Source: Candidatus Binatia bacterium (GTDB lineage: Bacteria > Desulfobacterota > Binatia > Bin18). Taken from it: a stretch of 64,000 nucleotides of DNA. The stretch lies in the NCBI GenBank assembly GCA_963664395.2, contig OY761159.2, positions 1,952,001-2,016,000 of the forward strand, written 5' to 3'. Within the stretch, counting starts at the first letter, position 1. Each line of letters starts with the position of its first letter. Below the pieces are notes generated by a model that ran no database searches, had not been told where the DNA came from, and saw only the letters and a list, made by a program, of their open reading frames with translations. The position numbers and the translations under genes were made by a program. This document shows, in pieces, positions 39,901 through 49,074 of this stretch.

Positions 39901-41399
39901 GATTCTATCTCCCGGAGAAGCGCTTCACGATCAATTTTCCCGCTCTGATTCCGTGGCAGGCTCGGCAATGCACGGATTACCCGTGGAATGGCGTGGAACG
40001 GGAGGAAAGGTCGTAAGGAGTTCTGGATCTGCTCCTGATTGAGTGGCTCAATCGATTCAACGAAGGCGTACAACTCGTCGTCCTTGCAGATAGTATAGGC
40101 ATCGTGAAAACCTATCTGGCGAAGCCGGCTTTCAATCTCTCCTGGTTCGATGCGCTCACCGTTGGTCTTTATCTGCCGGTCGATGCGTCCCGAACAATAG
40201 AGACGACCGCCCCGACGCACTCCCCAATCCCCGGTGAAGTAACATCGCCGGATGCGCGAGTCGGCGAATTCAACCTGGCGAAAGGCCGCTCGGGTTTGCT
40301 CCTCGTCGTGCCAATAACCGGTGCTAAGGAAGTCACCGGCTACGACGATTTCCCCTTCCTCGTCGTCATGCTCACCACGCAGATGAGTGCTCCAACCGGG
40401 GACGTCTTCTCCGATGGCGGCCGACTCCAGCTCACACGAGTCCATGAAATTTTTGGCCGTCAAGCGGTTGAGTGTGTTGAAACCAATGGTTTCAGTAGTG
40501 CCATAGGTATTAAAGACAGTGAGGTCTGGACAGACGTTGAACAACGCCTGAAGTTGTTCACGACGCAGGGGTTCTCCACAGAAACTCATCACACGGAGAG
40601 AGGCCAGATACTCGCCCGTCGGTTGCTTGCCACGTAGCATGAAATTAAGCGCACTTGGAACTGATTGCCATACCGAAATGCGTCTATCCCTGATTACTCT
40701 CGCTGGCCTCAACCGCTCTGCTTCACTCAGTGGAACCAAAGTGCCGCGCTGCGTGAGCGCCATGAAGACGTCCATGACGCCGAGATCATGCGCGAGACGT
40801 GACCATTGGCCCCACTTTTCACCTGGAGACAAATTGAAGTAGCTCTGGCATACGCCAAGGAAGTGCGAGAAACCGCGCCGACTAATCTTTACGCCCTTCG
40901 GACGGCCCGTCGAGCCTGAGGTAAAAACGACGTATGCCACATCGCTCCGGTCGATAGCAGGGCTCACCGATCGCATCGACAGCGGTTTCATTAGGTCGGC
41001 ACTCGGAGTTGTATCTGGCAAAGCAGAAAGAAAGCTTGGTCGCGTGTTCTCATAGAGCACGACCTGGGGCGCAAAATCCTTGCAGATTGCCGCGTTTCGC
41101 TCCTCAGGTCCTGTTTCCGTTATCTCGACGGGACAGAATGTGCCTCCCGCGATGAGGGACCCGAGCATTGCCGCATACGCCCGTTGTGAAGACGGCAGGG
41201 CAATCAGTACCCGAGGGCACGGGTTTTCCGTGAGCTGTTGGATGGTTGCCGCCAATTGAGACGCGAGCGACGCGATCTCCTCGTAAGAGTGCGTCCCGTC
41301 AACTGTCTCCACAGCAGGGACTCTGGGACAGTCCTGGACGCATCTGAAGAATGCGTCTAGCAGGTCCACTGGTTCTTGACCGGAGCCTATAATCGCCAC
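39897..41399 (-). CDS. Stand-alone adenylation enzyme, DltA-like
   Basis: YVVFTSGSTGRPKGV, HDLGVMD, FCGE, NTYGTTE, YFTGD, GRIDRQIK..GERIE, LPRNQSGKIDR. Confidence 0.9.
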   Translation of the reverse strand: MAIIGSGQEPVDLLDAFFRCVQDCPRVPAVETVDGTHSYEEIASLASQLAATIQQLTENPCPRVLIALPSSQRAYAAMLGSLIAGGTFCPVEITETGPEERNAAICKDFAPQVVLYENTRPSFLSALPDTTPSADLMKPLSMRSVSPAIDRSDVAYVVFTSGSTGRPKGVKISRRGFSHFLGVCQSYFNLSPGEKWGQWSRLAHDLGVMDVFMALTQRGTLVPLSEAERLRPARVIRDRRISVWQSVPSALNFMLRGKQPTGEYLASLRVMSFCGEPLRREQLQALFNVCPDLTVFNTYGTTETIGFNTLNRLTAKNFMDSCELESAAIGEDVPGWSTHLRGEHDDEEGEIVVAGDFLSTGYWHDEEQTRAAFRQVEFADSRIRRCYFTGDWGVRRGGRLYCSGRIDRQIKTNGERIEPGEIESRLRQIGFHDAYTICKDDELYAFVESIEPLNQEQIQNSLRPFLPFHAIPRVIRALPSLPRNQSGKIDREALLREIES

Positions 41400-41412
41400 G
41401 TTTCCCCCAACC

Positions 41413-42639
41413 TCACGTCATGCTGCCCAACTGCCGTCGGACCTCGCCTGTGCCGACAAACTGCGACAACAGCCGATAGTTCTGGTGCTCATAGCGAACC
41501 TTGCCGGCGATGATCGCCGGATGGACTTGCAGCGCATGGGCCAGATTCATGACCGCCATGGGTGTCGGGCGTTCCCGAGCCGCGCTCGCTTCCCAATCCG
41601 CCTGAGGGACGAGTGCCTCGATTGCCCATTCGTCGGCCTGCGCTTCTCTGGGGTCTTCCCGTCTGCCTTCCACCCCGCGCAGTGTCTGGTCATCGACAAA
41701 GGCATTGCCCTGGTTGTTGTCCAGGTGGCGACCCACGTGTGCCAATTCGTGCAACAGGCAGAACCAGAAATTGTCGATCCGGTCGTAGCGCAAGGTCAAC
41801 CCGACCACCGGCCGACCGTCCTTGAGCCGGAGCGCAGCGCCGTCGAGATAGGTCCTCGGCAAATGCGGCACGATCACTAGCGAGATGCCGTGTTTTGCCA
41901 GCACCTCCCTGGCCAGTCGCGGGCCGTCTTCAAACCAGCTCAACTGCGCAACCTCCCTGAGGAAGTGCGGCGTTACGGTGCCAGATACGTACTCCGTCTG
42001 CGGTGGGTTCTTGTTCCCCGTTGCCAGCACCTGCCAGCACCACGCTTTGAGGGCGTAGGCGTCCACCTTGGCGTTCGCACGCATATGATCGTTCTTTCGG
42101 TAGAGGGCAGCACAGGCGACATCCGGCCCTCCCGCCCGGTCAATCAACCCGCGCATAATCGCCTCGGCGCGCTTCGCCAAGTTGCGACCATCTCGAATCC
42201 AGCCCAGCTTCGCCATGTTCTTGACAGGAAATCGACTCCAATTGAGATCAGCCAGTGGATCGCTCATGTCTACATCCGGCTCGCGCAGTAACACATCGGC
42301 TGGGATGCCAAGATGCTGATGAAGCGCCCGCGCCATCGACATGGTGATGGCACGCTTGCCGGAGAGCACCTCGGACACCTTCGCTCGGCTCCCGATGAAA
42401 GGGATCAGGTCACGCGGCCGCAAATTGCCCTGCTCCATGCGGAACTCGATTGCAGCGAGCGGACTTGGATAGCCCATCGGCTCGTGCTTGCTCTCATAGA
42501 GTTCAACCAGATCAACGAGAATGTCGAGCTCATCGAACTCCGGGCTGCCGGGCGCTGCATCCATTAACGCGTCGATCCGCGCCAGCGCGTCCTCATAATC
42601 CTGCTCGGTCCGGACCGGCTTGATCTTTCCAGTGGCCAT
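41413..42639 (-). CDS. higA: HigA-type HTH antitoxin fused to an ImmA/IrrE metallopeptidase domain
   Basis: IKPVRTEQDYEDAL..SEVLSGKR HTH; RYDRIDNFWFCLLHELAH (HExxH); EAQADEWA. Confidence 0.88.
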   Translation of the reverse strand: MATGKIKPVRTEQDYEDALARIDALMDAAPGSPEFDELDILVDLVELYESKHEPMGYPSPLAAIEFRMEQGNLRPRDLIPFIGSRAKVSEVLSGKRAITMSMARALHQHLGIPADVLLREPDVDMSDPLADLNWSRFPVKNMAKLGWIRDGRNLAKRAEAIMRGLIDRAGGPDVACAALYRKNDHMRANAKVDAYALKAWCWQVLATGNKNPPQTEYVSGTVTPHFLREVAQLSWFEDGPRLAREVLAKHGISLVIVPHLPRTYLDGAALRLKDGRPVVGLTLRYDRIDNFWFCLLHELAHVGRHLDNNQGNAFVDDQTLRGVEGRREDPREAQADEWAIEALVPQADWEASAARERPTPMAVMNLAHALQVHPAIIAGKVRYEHQNYRLLSQFVGTGEVRRQLGSMT

Positions 42640-42640
42640 C

Positions 42641-42934
42641 TTACACCTCCAGAACATTCACGCGGTCATATTCGGCATGTGTTCCCACGAAGCGGACATA
42701 GACAATGCGTCCCGGATAGTTGATTTTCGCCACGAGCCGATAATGGTTACCCTTAATGTTAAAGACTACCCGGCTGTCACCGAGAATGCGGGCATTCGGG
42801 TATTTCTCCTTTATCTGTACCGGCGTCTCCCACTCCTCCTTCACGACCTCCCTATACCAGGCAAGCAGCGGCTCCTCGGCGTCCGCATGCCGCTCCCAAC
42901 ACTCCCGCAGCCTCTTCTTGCTGATGATCCGCAT
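42641..42934 (-). CDS. higB: HigB mRNA interferase toxin
   Basis: MRIISKKRLRE..RVVFNIKGNHYRLV..RFVGTHAEYD. Confidence 0.92.
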   Translation of the reverse strand: MRIISKKRLRECWERHADAEEPLLAWYREVVKEEWETPVQIKEKYPNARILGDSRVVFNIKGNHYRLVAKINYPGRIVYVRFVGTHAEYDRVNVLEV

Positions 42935-42939
42935 AGCGA

Positions 42940-42968
42940 ATTATAAATTGTTCCCAAAATAATGTCAA
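42940..42968 (-). promoter_or_regulatory. Perfect-consensus sigma70 promoter, probably leaderless transcript
   Basis: Minus strand reads TTGACA-17 nt-TATAAT-tcgct-ATG(higB); no SD. Confidence 0.8.
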
Positions 42969-43018
42969 GTATAACGATCCCTAAATAGAAAGAGTATATA
43001 GCCCTTGGTGACTTCGGG

Positions 43019-44272
43019 TCAAGAGACGACCGCAACCACATATTTTCTGGTACTCCGTCGGCAGCCCCTGAGACGTGGCCCGGGGCTCACCGGAAGGTGT
43101 ACCAAAATTAATGTCCTAATCGAGTTTATACGAAAGTGCGGTGATGGAAGGTCTGGGGGTGACGGTAGTTGGCACGAAAACCCCCGCGAAGCGGCTGGGT
43201 TCTTCCCTATCCGGGCGAAGCAGCAGGAGTCTCCACCCGTTCGGGAGCCAGGGGCCGGTAGACCACACGCTTCGGCGATGAGTTCATAGGAGCGCACACG
43301 CTTGGAAAAATCATAACAAATCGTCACAATGCCGAGGTCGGTGGTCTGAAACACCTCGGCCAAGTGTTCGAGTTGCTCTTTCACCTGCTGCGGGTCTCCG
43401 TCAACATTGGCGCGACGGTATTGTTCCAGATAGGCCAGTTCGTCAGCGCTATACGGGTAGGCGCGTGCTTCCTCAGGCGTGGGGACCCCCCGCCGACGGC
43501 CACGGATGATGTTCAGCCGCACCATATTTCTGCTTGCCGACAGATAGTGCGCCTCTTCTGCGGTCTCCGCACATAGAGCCTGAACCGTCACATTGACCTT
43601 GGGCTCAGCTAAAAACTCTGAGGGACGAAAGTGCTGTCGGTAGCTCTCAACAATAGCCGGACCATGCTGGACGCCCATACCGAAGAAATAGGCATAGCTG
43701 AACGGCAGACCCCGCTCAGCCGCAATAAGGGCCGAGTCAATGCCCGAACCAAGCAACCAAACGTCCGGTGTGGTGCCCGCTGTTGGTCCGGCATGCACAT
43801 CGGCAAAACGGTGCTCTGGAGGGAGATCATCTGCGAGGTAGGCGATCAGGTCGTTGACCTGTTCCGGGTAATACCGAATATCGCGGGGTTGGCCGGGGTA
43901 GGAGAGCGCACCCGCGGTTCGTTGATCGCTCCCGGGCGCGCGGCCAAGGCCGAGGTCTATGCGGCCGGGATAAAAAGATTCAAGGACGCGGAATATCTCG
44001 GCAACTTTGAGGGCGCTGTAGTGGGACAGCATCACGCCGCCGCTACCGACTCGAATATGTTGTGTACGGGCTGCAATCTGGCCGATCACTATTTCCGGGC
44101 TGGTACCGGCGAAACTGGGCAAATTGTGATGCTCTGCAACCCAGAAACGTTCATATCCGAATTTTTCCACCGCCTCGGCAAGGGCGACCGTCTCCCGCAA
44201 CGCTTGGGCGGCTGTTCCCCCTTGTCGGACAGGAGACTGATCCGCCACACTCAAGTGCAGTTGTTGTGCCAT
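43019..44272 (-). CDS. LLM-class luciferase-like monooxygenase (YhbW-like) with an apparent C-terminal read-through
   Basis: FWVAEHH, IRVGSGGVML.HYS, RIDLGLGRAPG; family-like sequence ends near residue 340 (SYELIAEACGL). Confidence 0.88.
   Translation of the reverse strand: MAQQLHLSVADQSPVRQGGTAAQALRETVALAEAVEKFGYERFWVAEHHNLPSFAGTSPEIVIGQIAARTQHIRVGSGGVMLSHYSALKVAEIFRVLESFYPGRIDLGLGRAPGSDQRTAGALSYPGQPRDIRYYPEQVNDLIAYLADDLPPEHRFADVHAGPTAGTTPDVWLLGSGIDSALIAAERGLPFSYAYFFGMGVQHGPAIVESYRQHFRPSEFLAEPKVNVTVQALCAETAEEAHYLSASRNMVRLNIIRGRRRGVPTPEEARAYPYSADELAYLEQYRRANVDGDPQQVKEQLEHLAEVFQTTDLGIVTICYDFSKRVRSYELIAEACGLPAPGSRTGGDSCCFARIGKNPAASRGFSCQLPSPPDLPSPHFRINSIRTLILVHLPVSPGPRLRGCRRSTRKYVVAVVS
43176..43204 (-). 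terminator. Terminator-like hairpin inside the LLM extension
   Basis: Minus strand AAGAACCCAGCCGC-TTCG-CGGGGGTTTT. Confidence 0.4.
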
Positions 44273-44332
44273 AGCTTAAAAAAAGGGCAGCCCCATGGGA
44301 CTGCCCCTGCTGTCGTGTCTCCGAAGAAAATT

Positions 44333-45217
44333 TTATGCCGTACGTTCCTTAAAAAACGCACCAATCTCTTCAATAGCCTGCCGGCCTTCGGGAAGAATCG
44401 GCGCAAACAAATGCCACACATGCGGCATTTCGTCCCAGATTTTCAGCGTCACATCCACGTCTGCTTTGCGGGCTCGTTCTGTGATTCTTGTGGCGTCGTC
44501 CAACAAGGTCTCTGAATCACCGACCTGGATAAGCAATGGCGGCAGGCCCGCAAGATTGGCATGCAGCGGGGCCGCCAGCGGGTTTTTCGGGTCCGCACCG
44601 CCCAAATACAGCTTGGCCATACCGAGCAGGCCTTCCTTCTGGACAACAGGATCGACCGCCGCCCGCGTGGTCATCGACTCTCCCGTTCCTTCCATATCGA
44701 CCCAGGGCGAAATACCAATGCCCGCGGCCGGCACAGGCTCCCCGGCGTCACGGATAGCGATGAGTGCGGCAAGAGCGAGGCCGCCACCAGCCGAGTCTCC
44801 TGCAATAGCAATGTTTGAGGCCTGAATACCTTGTCCGAGCAACCAACGGTAAGCTGCCACGGAATCATCCACCGGAGCGGGGAAGGGATGCTCGGGGGCC
44901 AGACGATAGTTGAGGGAGAGCACGCGGGCGCCAGATGCCTGGGATAGGCGGCCAGTCATGTCGCGGTGGGACCCGGCGGAGCCCATCACATAGCCGCCAC
45001 CATGGACATACAAGATGACCTTATCCTGGTCAGCGCCATCGGCAACACTCCATTCGGCAGACACCCCACCAGCTTCAACCGGGGTACACGTCACGCCAGC
45101 CGGGGCGGGTGCTTCTATCATGATCGCGCGCATGGCGTTGATATCTTTTGCCTCGGCCATCTTCGCCCCCATCTCTTTGAACATATCGAGGGTCTGTTGT
45201 AGTTGCGGACTTGCCAT
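44333..45217 (-). CDS. HSL-family esterase/lipase (alpha/beta hydrolase)
   Basis: HGGGY, YRLAPEHPFPA, GDSAGG, E..LLDD, HVW. Confidence 0.92.
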   Translation of the reverse strand: MASPQLQQTLDMFKEMGAKMAEAKDINAMRAIMIEAPAPAGVTCTPVEAGGVSAEWSVADGADQDKVILYVHGGGYVMGSAGSHRDMTGRLSQASGARVLSLNYRLAPEHPFPAPVDDSVAAYRWLLGQGIQASNIAIAGDSAGGGLALAALIAIRDAGEPVPAAGIGISPWVDMEGTGESMTTRAAVDPVVQKEGLLGMAKLYLGGADPKNPLAAPLHANLAGLPPLLIQVGDSETLLDDATRITERARKADVDVTLKIWDEMPHVWHLFAPILPEGRQAIEEIGAFFKERTA

Positions 45218-45334
45218 AGAGAACCTCCTTTTTTTACAGATCAATCGTCTCGCCGTACTCGAAGCGTATAACCGGTATAACCCCGGCCGGGTGTTGTCAA
45301 CTCAAACGAGTAATCGGCAACGGGCCAGGACGCC

Positions 45335-45604
45335 CTAGGCGACCCAGCCGTGCTGAAAGGTGTGTATCGTGCCGGGCGGATACCACCACTGGCCGGTTTG
45401 ACATAAGGGACATGTCTTTGGCGTGGACCCGCGTTTATATTCCGGGACACCGGCCATGGCCTGCACCGCGCCTTCAAAGGTCCCATCCCGGGTGACCTTC
45501 TTGGTGAGCAAATAGAGTCCCACGCCACAATCGGGGCAGGACAGGATCGTCCCCGAATTCAAAAACGGGAACGGAGTAATCTGATCCGGGAAGGGCTGCG
45601 ACAT
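45335..45604 (-). CDS. Small zinc-ribbon protein
   Basis: CPDC..CPLC; GGAGG SD before MSQPF. Confidence 0.65.
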   Translation of the reverse strand: MSQPFPDQITPFPFLNSGTILSCPDCGVGLYLLTKKVTRDGTFEGAVQAMAGVPEYKRGSTPKTCPLCQTGQWWYPPGTIHTFQHGWVA

Positions 45605-45620
45605 GGTCCCCTCCAAATAC

Positions 45621-46895
45621 TCAGACCCGCCGTTGGCGCTGGGCCTGCTGCGCCCGAGCCGCAAACTCGGACGGCTTCATGATGAGCGAGCCTTTAGATT
45701 CTTCCTGTTGGTGTTGCTTTTCTTCCGTGTAGTGCAGGCCGATGCTCTGCTGGACCAATCCTTCACAAAAGGGAATGCCACTGCCGCTCGCTCCCTCCTT
45801 TTGGAGCGCCAGAGACACGGCCAGGGCACGTTGGGCTGACTCCAAACGTCCGCTTGCCGCAAAATACAGCGCCGTTTCTTCCAGGCGCCGTGCGTAGGTC
45901 CGGCCGCTCTCCCCTGAGAACAATTCGGCAACCGCTTCTTTGATGACATCGTTCACCCGGTCTTTTTGCTGATGCTGGTTCAGCACCAGCGGGCTCTCCT
46001 GCGCACTGCTTATCTTTTCGACATAGGGCTTAGCTTGTTCTGCATCAAACAACCACCGCTGCATTTCCGGCTCTTCGGCAAGCTGAGTGGACGTTACAAG
46101 TAGATTTTCGTCGGCAGCGATTGCCTGCCGATCCAAACTATCCGGCAGCGGAACTGTTTGGGGTAAAGAGTAAACGTGTCCAGCTTTGTCTGAACGATTG
46201 GAGGACGCGTTTACTCTTTCTGGCGGTGTGGTGAAAACAAAAGACCGAACCGCCGGGTAGGATTCAACTTCTTTTCTGTCTTGTGCCTTGGCCCGTTCAT
46301 AGCCTTCCTGCATCAGGAAATCGCAGTACCGCCACGGCGCTTCAATCAGAGTCAGTCCGCTATTAGCGCTCAAATCCTGAAGCGCCTGACGCAAAACTTT
46401 GCGCGAGATTTCCGTGCCTTCAATGTAGCGCATCCCTTCTGGTTCGTTGATCAGCGAAGACAAGAAATGCAGCCCGCCGCCAACGCGTGCCTTCACTATC
46501 CAAACGAGGCGATCTCCTCGCCCATCCATTGAGGATATATAGCCTTCCGGTTCAATCGGGGTGAGAATGGATTTGCCCGTTCCCTTTTGCGGCCGCTCGG
46601 CCCGTATCCCTTTTTGTGACAGGCGATAGAGGGCACGGCTAATCTCTTTATGCAAACGCTTGTCAGTCGCCTGCTCGATCCAACTCACCAGGAACTGGGC
46701 CGACTCTACCGTCCGGACGTCGCCCAGGAATGCGGCCAGGGCCAGGTCGGCGTCAGCATGCTGTCCTATGCGCTCATGCAGGCTGGCAATATCCAGGCTG
46801 CTGTCCTGTCCGGCAGGGGGCTGAATGCCCCATTCTTCCAGCACTTTTTTGCCTTGTACCAGGCGAGGGTCGCGCTTCGCACTTTTTTTTGCCAT
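45621..46895 (-). CDS. Conserved hypothetical protein
   Basis: 424-aa ORF, GAGG SD, protein-like composition. Confidence 0.75.
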   Translation of the reverse strand: MAKKSAKRDPRLVQGKKVLEEWGIQPPAGQDSSLDIASLHERIGQHADADLALAAFLGDVRTVESAQFLVSWIEQATDKRLHKEISRALYRLSQKGIRAERPQKGTGKSILTPIEPEGYISSMDGRGDRLVWIVKARVGGGLHFLSSLINEPEGMRYIEGTEISRKVLRQALQDLSANSGLTLIEAPWRYCDFLMQEGYERAKAQDRKEVESYPAVRSFVFTTPPERVNASSNRSDKAGHVYSLPQTVPLPDSLDRQAIAADENLLVTSTQLAEEPEMQRWLFDAEQAKPYVEKISSAQESPLVLNQHQQKDRVNDVIKEAVAELFSGESGRTYARRLEETALYFAASGRLESAQRALAVSLALQKEGASGSGIPFCEGLVQQSIGLHYTEEKQHQQEESKGSLIMKPSEFAARAQQAQRQRRV

Positions 46896-47025
46896 GTATT
46901 CCTCCCCAGGGCTGCCCGCAGCTTATCCAGCCGGCTCCTTGACTGTCAACTGGATTCGCTTCCGCCCCGGTCTAGCCCGCCTGGGGTATTGTTGTTAGGT
47001 AGGGTGCACGGAGGTAGAGGCTACG

Positions 47026-48207
47026 GTGGCGACAGCACGTTTTTGCCCACAGTGCGGGACGAAGACTATCCCCAAAGCACATTTCTGTACGGATTGTGGG
47101 GAACCACTTTCAGACGCAGGGAGCAAGGCCGGAGGGAAGAAGGCCAAGGGATCAGCCGCCACAGCAGCTACGGTCGAACAGCGGCTGCCGCTCCCCGGCA
47201 TCATCGTTTTGTCCTTATATCTCCTCGTTGGCATCGGACTCTGGGTATTCGTTCTTCGGACAGAGCCTTTCACCCCGACCCCGACCGGTTCCACTCAAGC
47301 CAGCACGGGCGGTTCGGCCCTGCCTCAGAATCATCCCGAGGTTGCCTTGCCTGAGGAGGTGAAGAGTCGTATCGCGGAACTGGTTGCCCAAGCCAATGCC
47401 GCCCCACAAGATCCCAGTGCGTGGCGGACCCTGGCTGAAGTCCAGTTCCGGGCGTCGCAGCTGGATGCCAGCTACCGCAGTGCGGCCCTGGCCTCGTATC
47501 GCAAGCTGTTTGAACTTGCGCCGAGCGACCTGGATGCTCTCCGCGGCTTGGGGAATGTGTACTACGACCTTGAGGAATATCAAACGGCTATTGAGTATTA
47601 TCAGCGCTATTTAACGGTGAAACCGGATGATGCCAGCGTGACGACCGACCTCGGGACCATGTACCTCTACACCGGCCAGGTCGACCAAGCCATTGCTTCA
47701 TATCAATCCGTCTTGGCCAAGCAGCCAGGCTTCTTTCAGGCGCATTTCAACCTGGGGGTTGCCTACCAGGAGAAGGGCCTGCCCGACCAAGCGGCCGCCT
47801 CATTACAGCAGGCCAAGAGTCTGACGGATAACACTGATATTCAGGCCCGCATTGACCAGCTCCTGGCGCAATTCTCAAACGGGACGGCCCCATCCCGAAC
47901 GGCTTCGACACCGAATCCCTTAGCTCCGCCGTTTCGGCAAGCAGTGGAATCGCTCTTTCGCTCACATGAAATGATGGCACCCAAAATCGTCCGTATTGAG
48001 TGGCCGTCGCAAACCGAGGCCAAGGTGTTCTTTCGCAATTTCCCCATGGCTGGTATGCCTCAGACCGTGCGAGACAATTTCAGAAAAAAACTCCATGGCC
48101 AAATTACCGACGCCCGGCAAAAAAATGGCATCAGTGGCCTGGTGACCGTTGAGCTTATCGATATTGATACCCAGCACGTCATGGAGACTCTCACGACCAC
48201 TTCATAG
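47026..48207 (+). CDS. Zinc-ribbon, TM and TPR protein
   Basis: CPQC..CTDC, one TM helix, LPQNHP, TPR units (LGNVYY, LGTMY, HFNLGVAY). Confidence 0.85.
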   Translation: MATARFCPQCGTKTIPKAHFCTDCGEPLSDAGSKAGGKKAKGSAATAATVEQRLPLPGIIVLSLYLLVGIGLWVFVLRTEPFTPTPTGSTQASTGGSALPQNHPEVALPEEVKSRIAELVAQANAAPQDPSAWRTLAEVQFRASQLDASYRSAALASYRKLFELAPSDLDALRGLGNVYYDLEEYQTAIEYYQRYLTVKPDDASVTTDLGTMYLYTGQVDQAIASYQSVLAKQPGFFQAHFNLGVAYQEKGLPDQAAASLQQAKSLTDNTDIQARIDQLLAQFSNGTAPSRTASTPNPLAPPFRQAVESLFRSHEMMAPKIVRIEWPSQTEAKVFFRNFPMAGMPQTVRDNFRKKLHGQITDARQKNGISGLVTVELIDIDTQHVMETLTTTS

Positions 48208-48228
48208 AAGAGTAAACGAGTCACGATT

Positions 48229-49056
48229 ATGAGCGAAGCAACTACTCCGAATGGTGCCGTTCCGTTTTATTTACCCATAGGCGATGAGGTCGATATTTTT
48301 CGGGCCGCCTATGAGTGTCGCCTACCGGTTCTGCTGAAAGGCCCGACCGGCTGCGGCAAGACACGCTTTGTCGAGCATATGGCTCATGTGCTCATGCCGG
48401 ACCGCGGTGAGGACGTCCCGGAAAATATCGTCACGGTCGCCTGCCATGAAGATCTCACCGGGAGCGACCTGGTCGGTCGGTATCTTATTAAAGGCGATGA
48501 TACCGTCTGGGTAGACGGGCCGCTGACCCAGGCCGTCCGCACCGGGGCGATTTGTTATCTGGACGAGATCGTGGAAGCGCGCAAGGACACCATCGTCCTT
48601 ATCCATCCGCTGACCGACCACCGGCGTATTCTGCCGGTTGATAAGCGGGCCGAAATCCTTAAGGCGCATGAGAATTTTCTGCTGGTTATCTCGTACAACC
48701 CCGGCTACCAGAGTATCCTCAAAGACCTCAAACACTCTACGCGGCAGCGCTTTGTCACGGTCGAGTTCACCTACCCGCCTCGGGATAAAGAGGCTGAGAT
48801 CATTGCCCACGAAAGTGATTTGCCACTTGAGACCGCGCTTGACCTCGCCAAGCTGGGCGAAAAGGTACGCCATCTGAAGGCCAGCGGCCTTGAAGAGGGT
48901 GTCAGCACCCGGCTGCTCATTTATTCCGGCCAACTCATTCGCCAAGGGGTGCGACCGCGTCGCGCTTGTACGGTCGCGGTCTCCCGCTCGCTGACGGATG
49001 ATAATGACTCACAGCGGGCTATCGATGAAGTCATTAACGCGATCTTTCCCGAATAG
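48229..49056 (+). CDS. CbbQ/NirQ/NorQ-family MoxR AAA+ ATPase
   Basis: [47 protein letters not shown]. Confidence 0.92.
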   Translation: MSEATTPNGAVPFYLPIGDEVDIFRAAYECRLPVLLKGPTGCGKTRFVEHMAHVLMPDRGEDVPENIVTVACHEDLTGSDLVGRYLIKGDDTVWVDGPLTQAVRTGAICYLDEIVEARKDTIVLIHPLTDHRRILPVDKRAEILKAHENFLLVISYNPGYQSILKDLKHSTRQRFVTVEFTYPPRDKEAEIIAHESDLPLETALDLAKLGEKVRHLKASGLEEGVSTRLLIYSGQLIRQGVRPRRACTVAVSRSLTDDNDSQRAIDEVINAIFPE

Positions 49057-49074
49057 TGCCGTGTCTTGTACTCG

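Noticed and set aside
39646-41399. Canonical dlt operon or NRPS
   Set aside because: No dltB/dltD and no condensation domain
43085-43125. AT-rich segment resembling an IS terminal repeat
   Set aside because: No partner repeat or transposase seen
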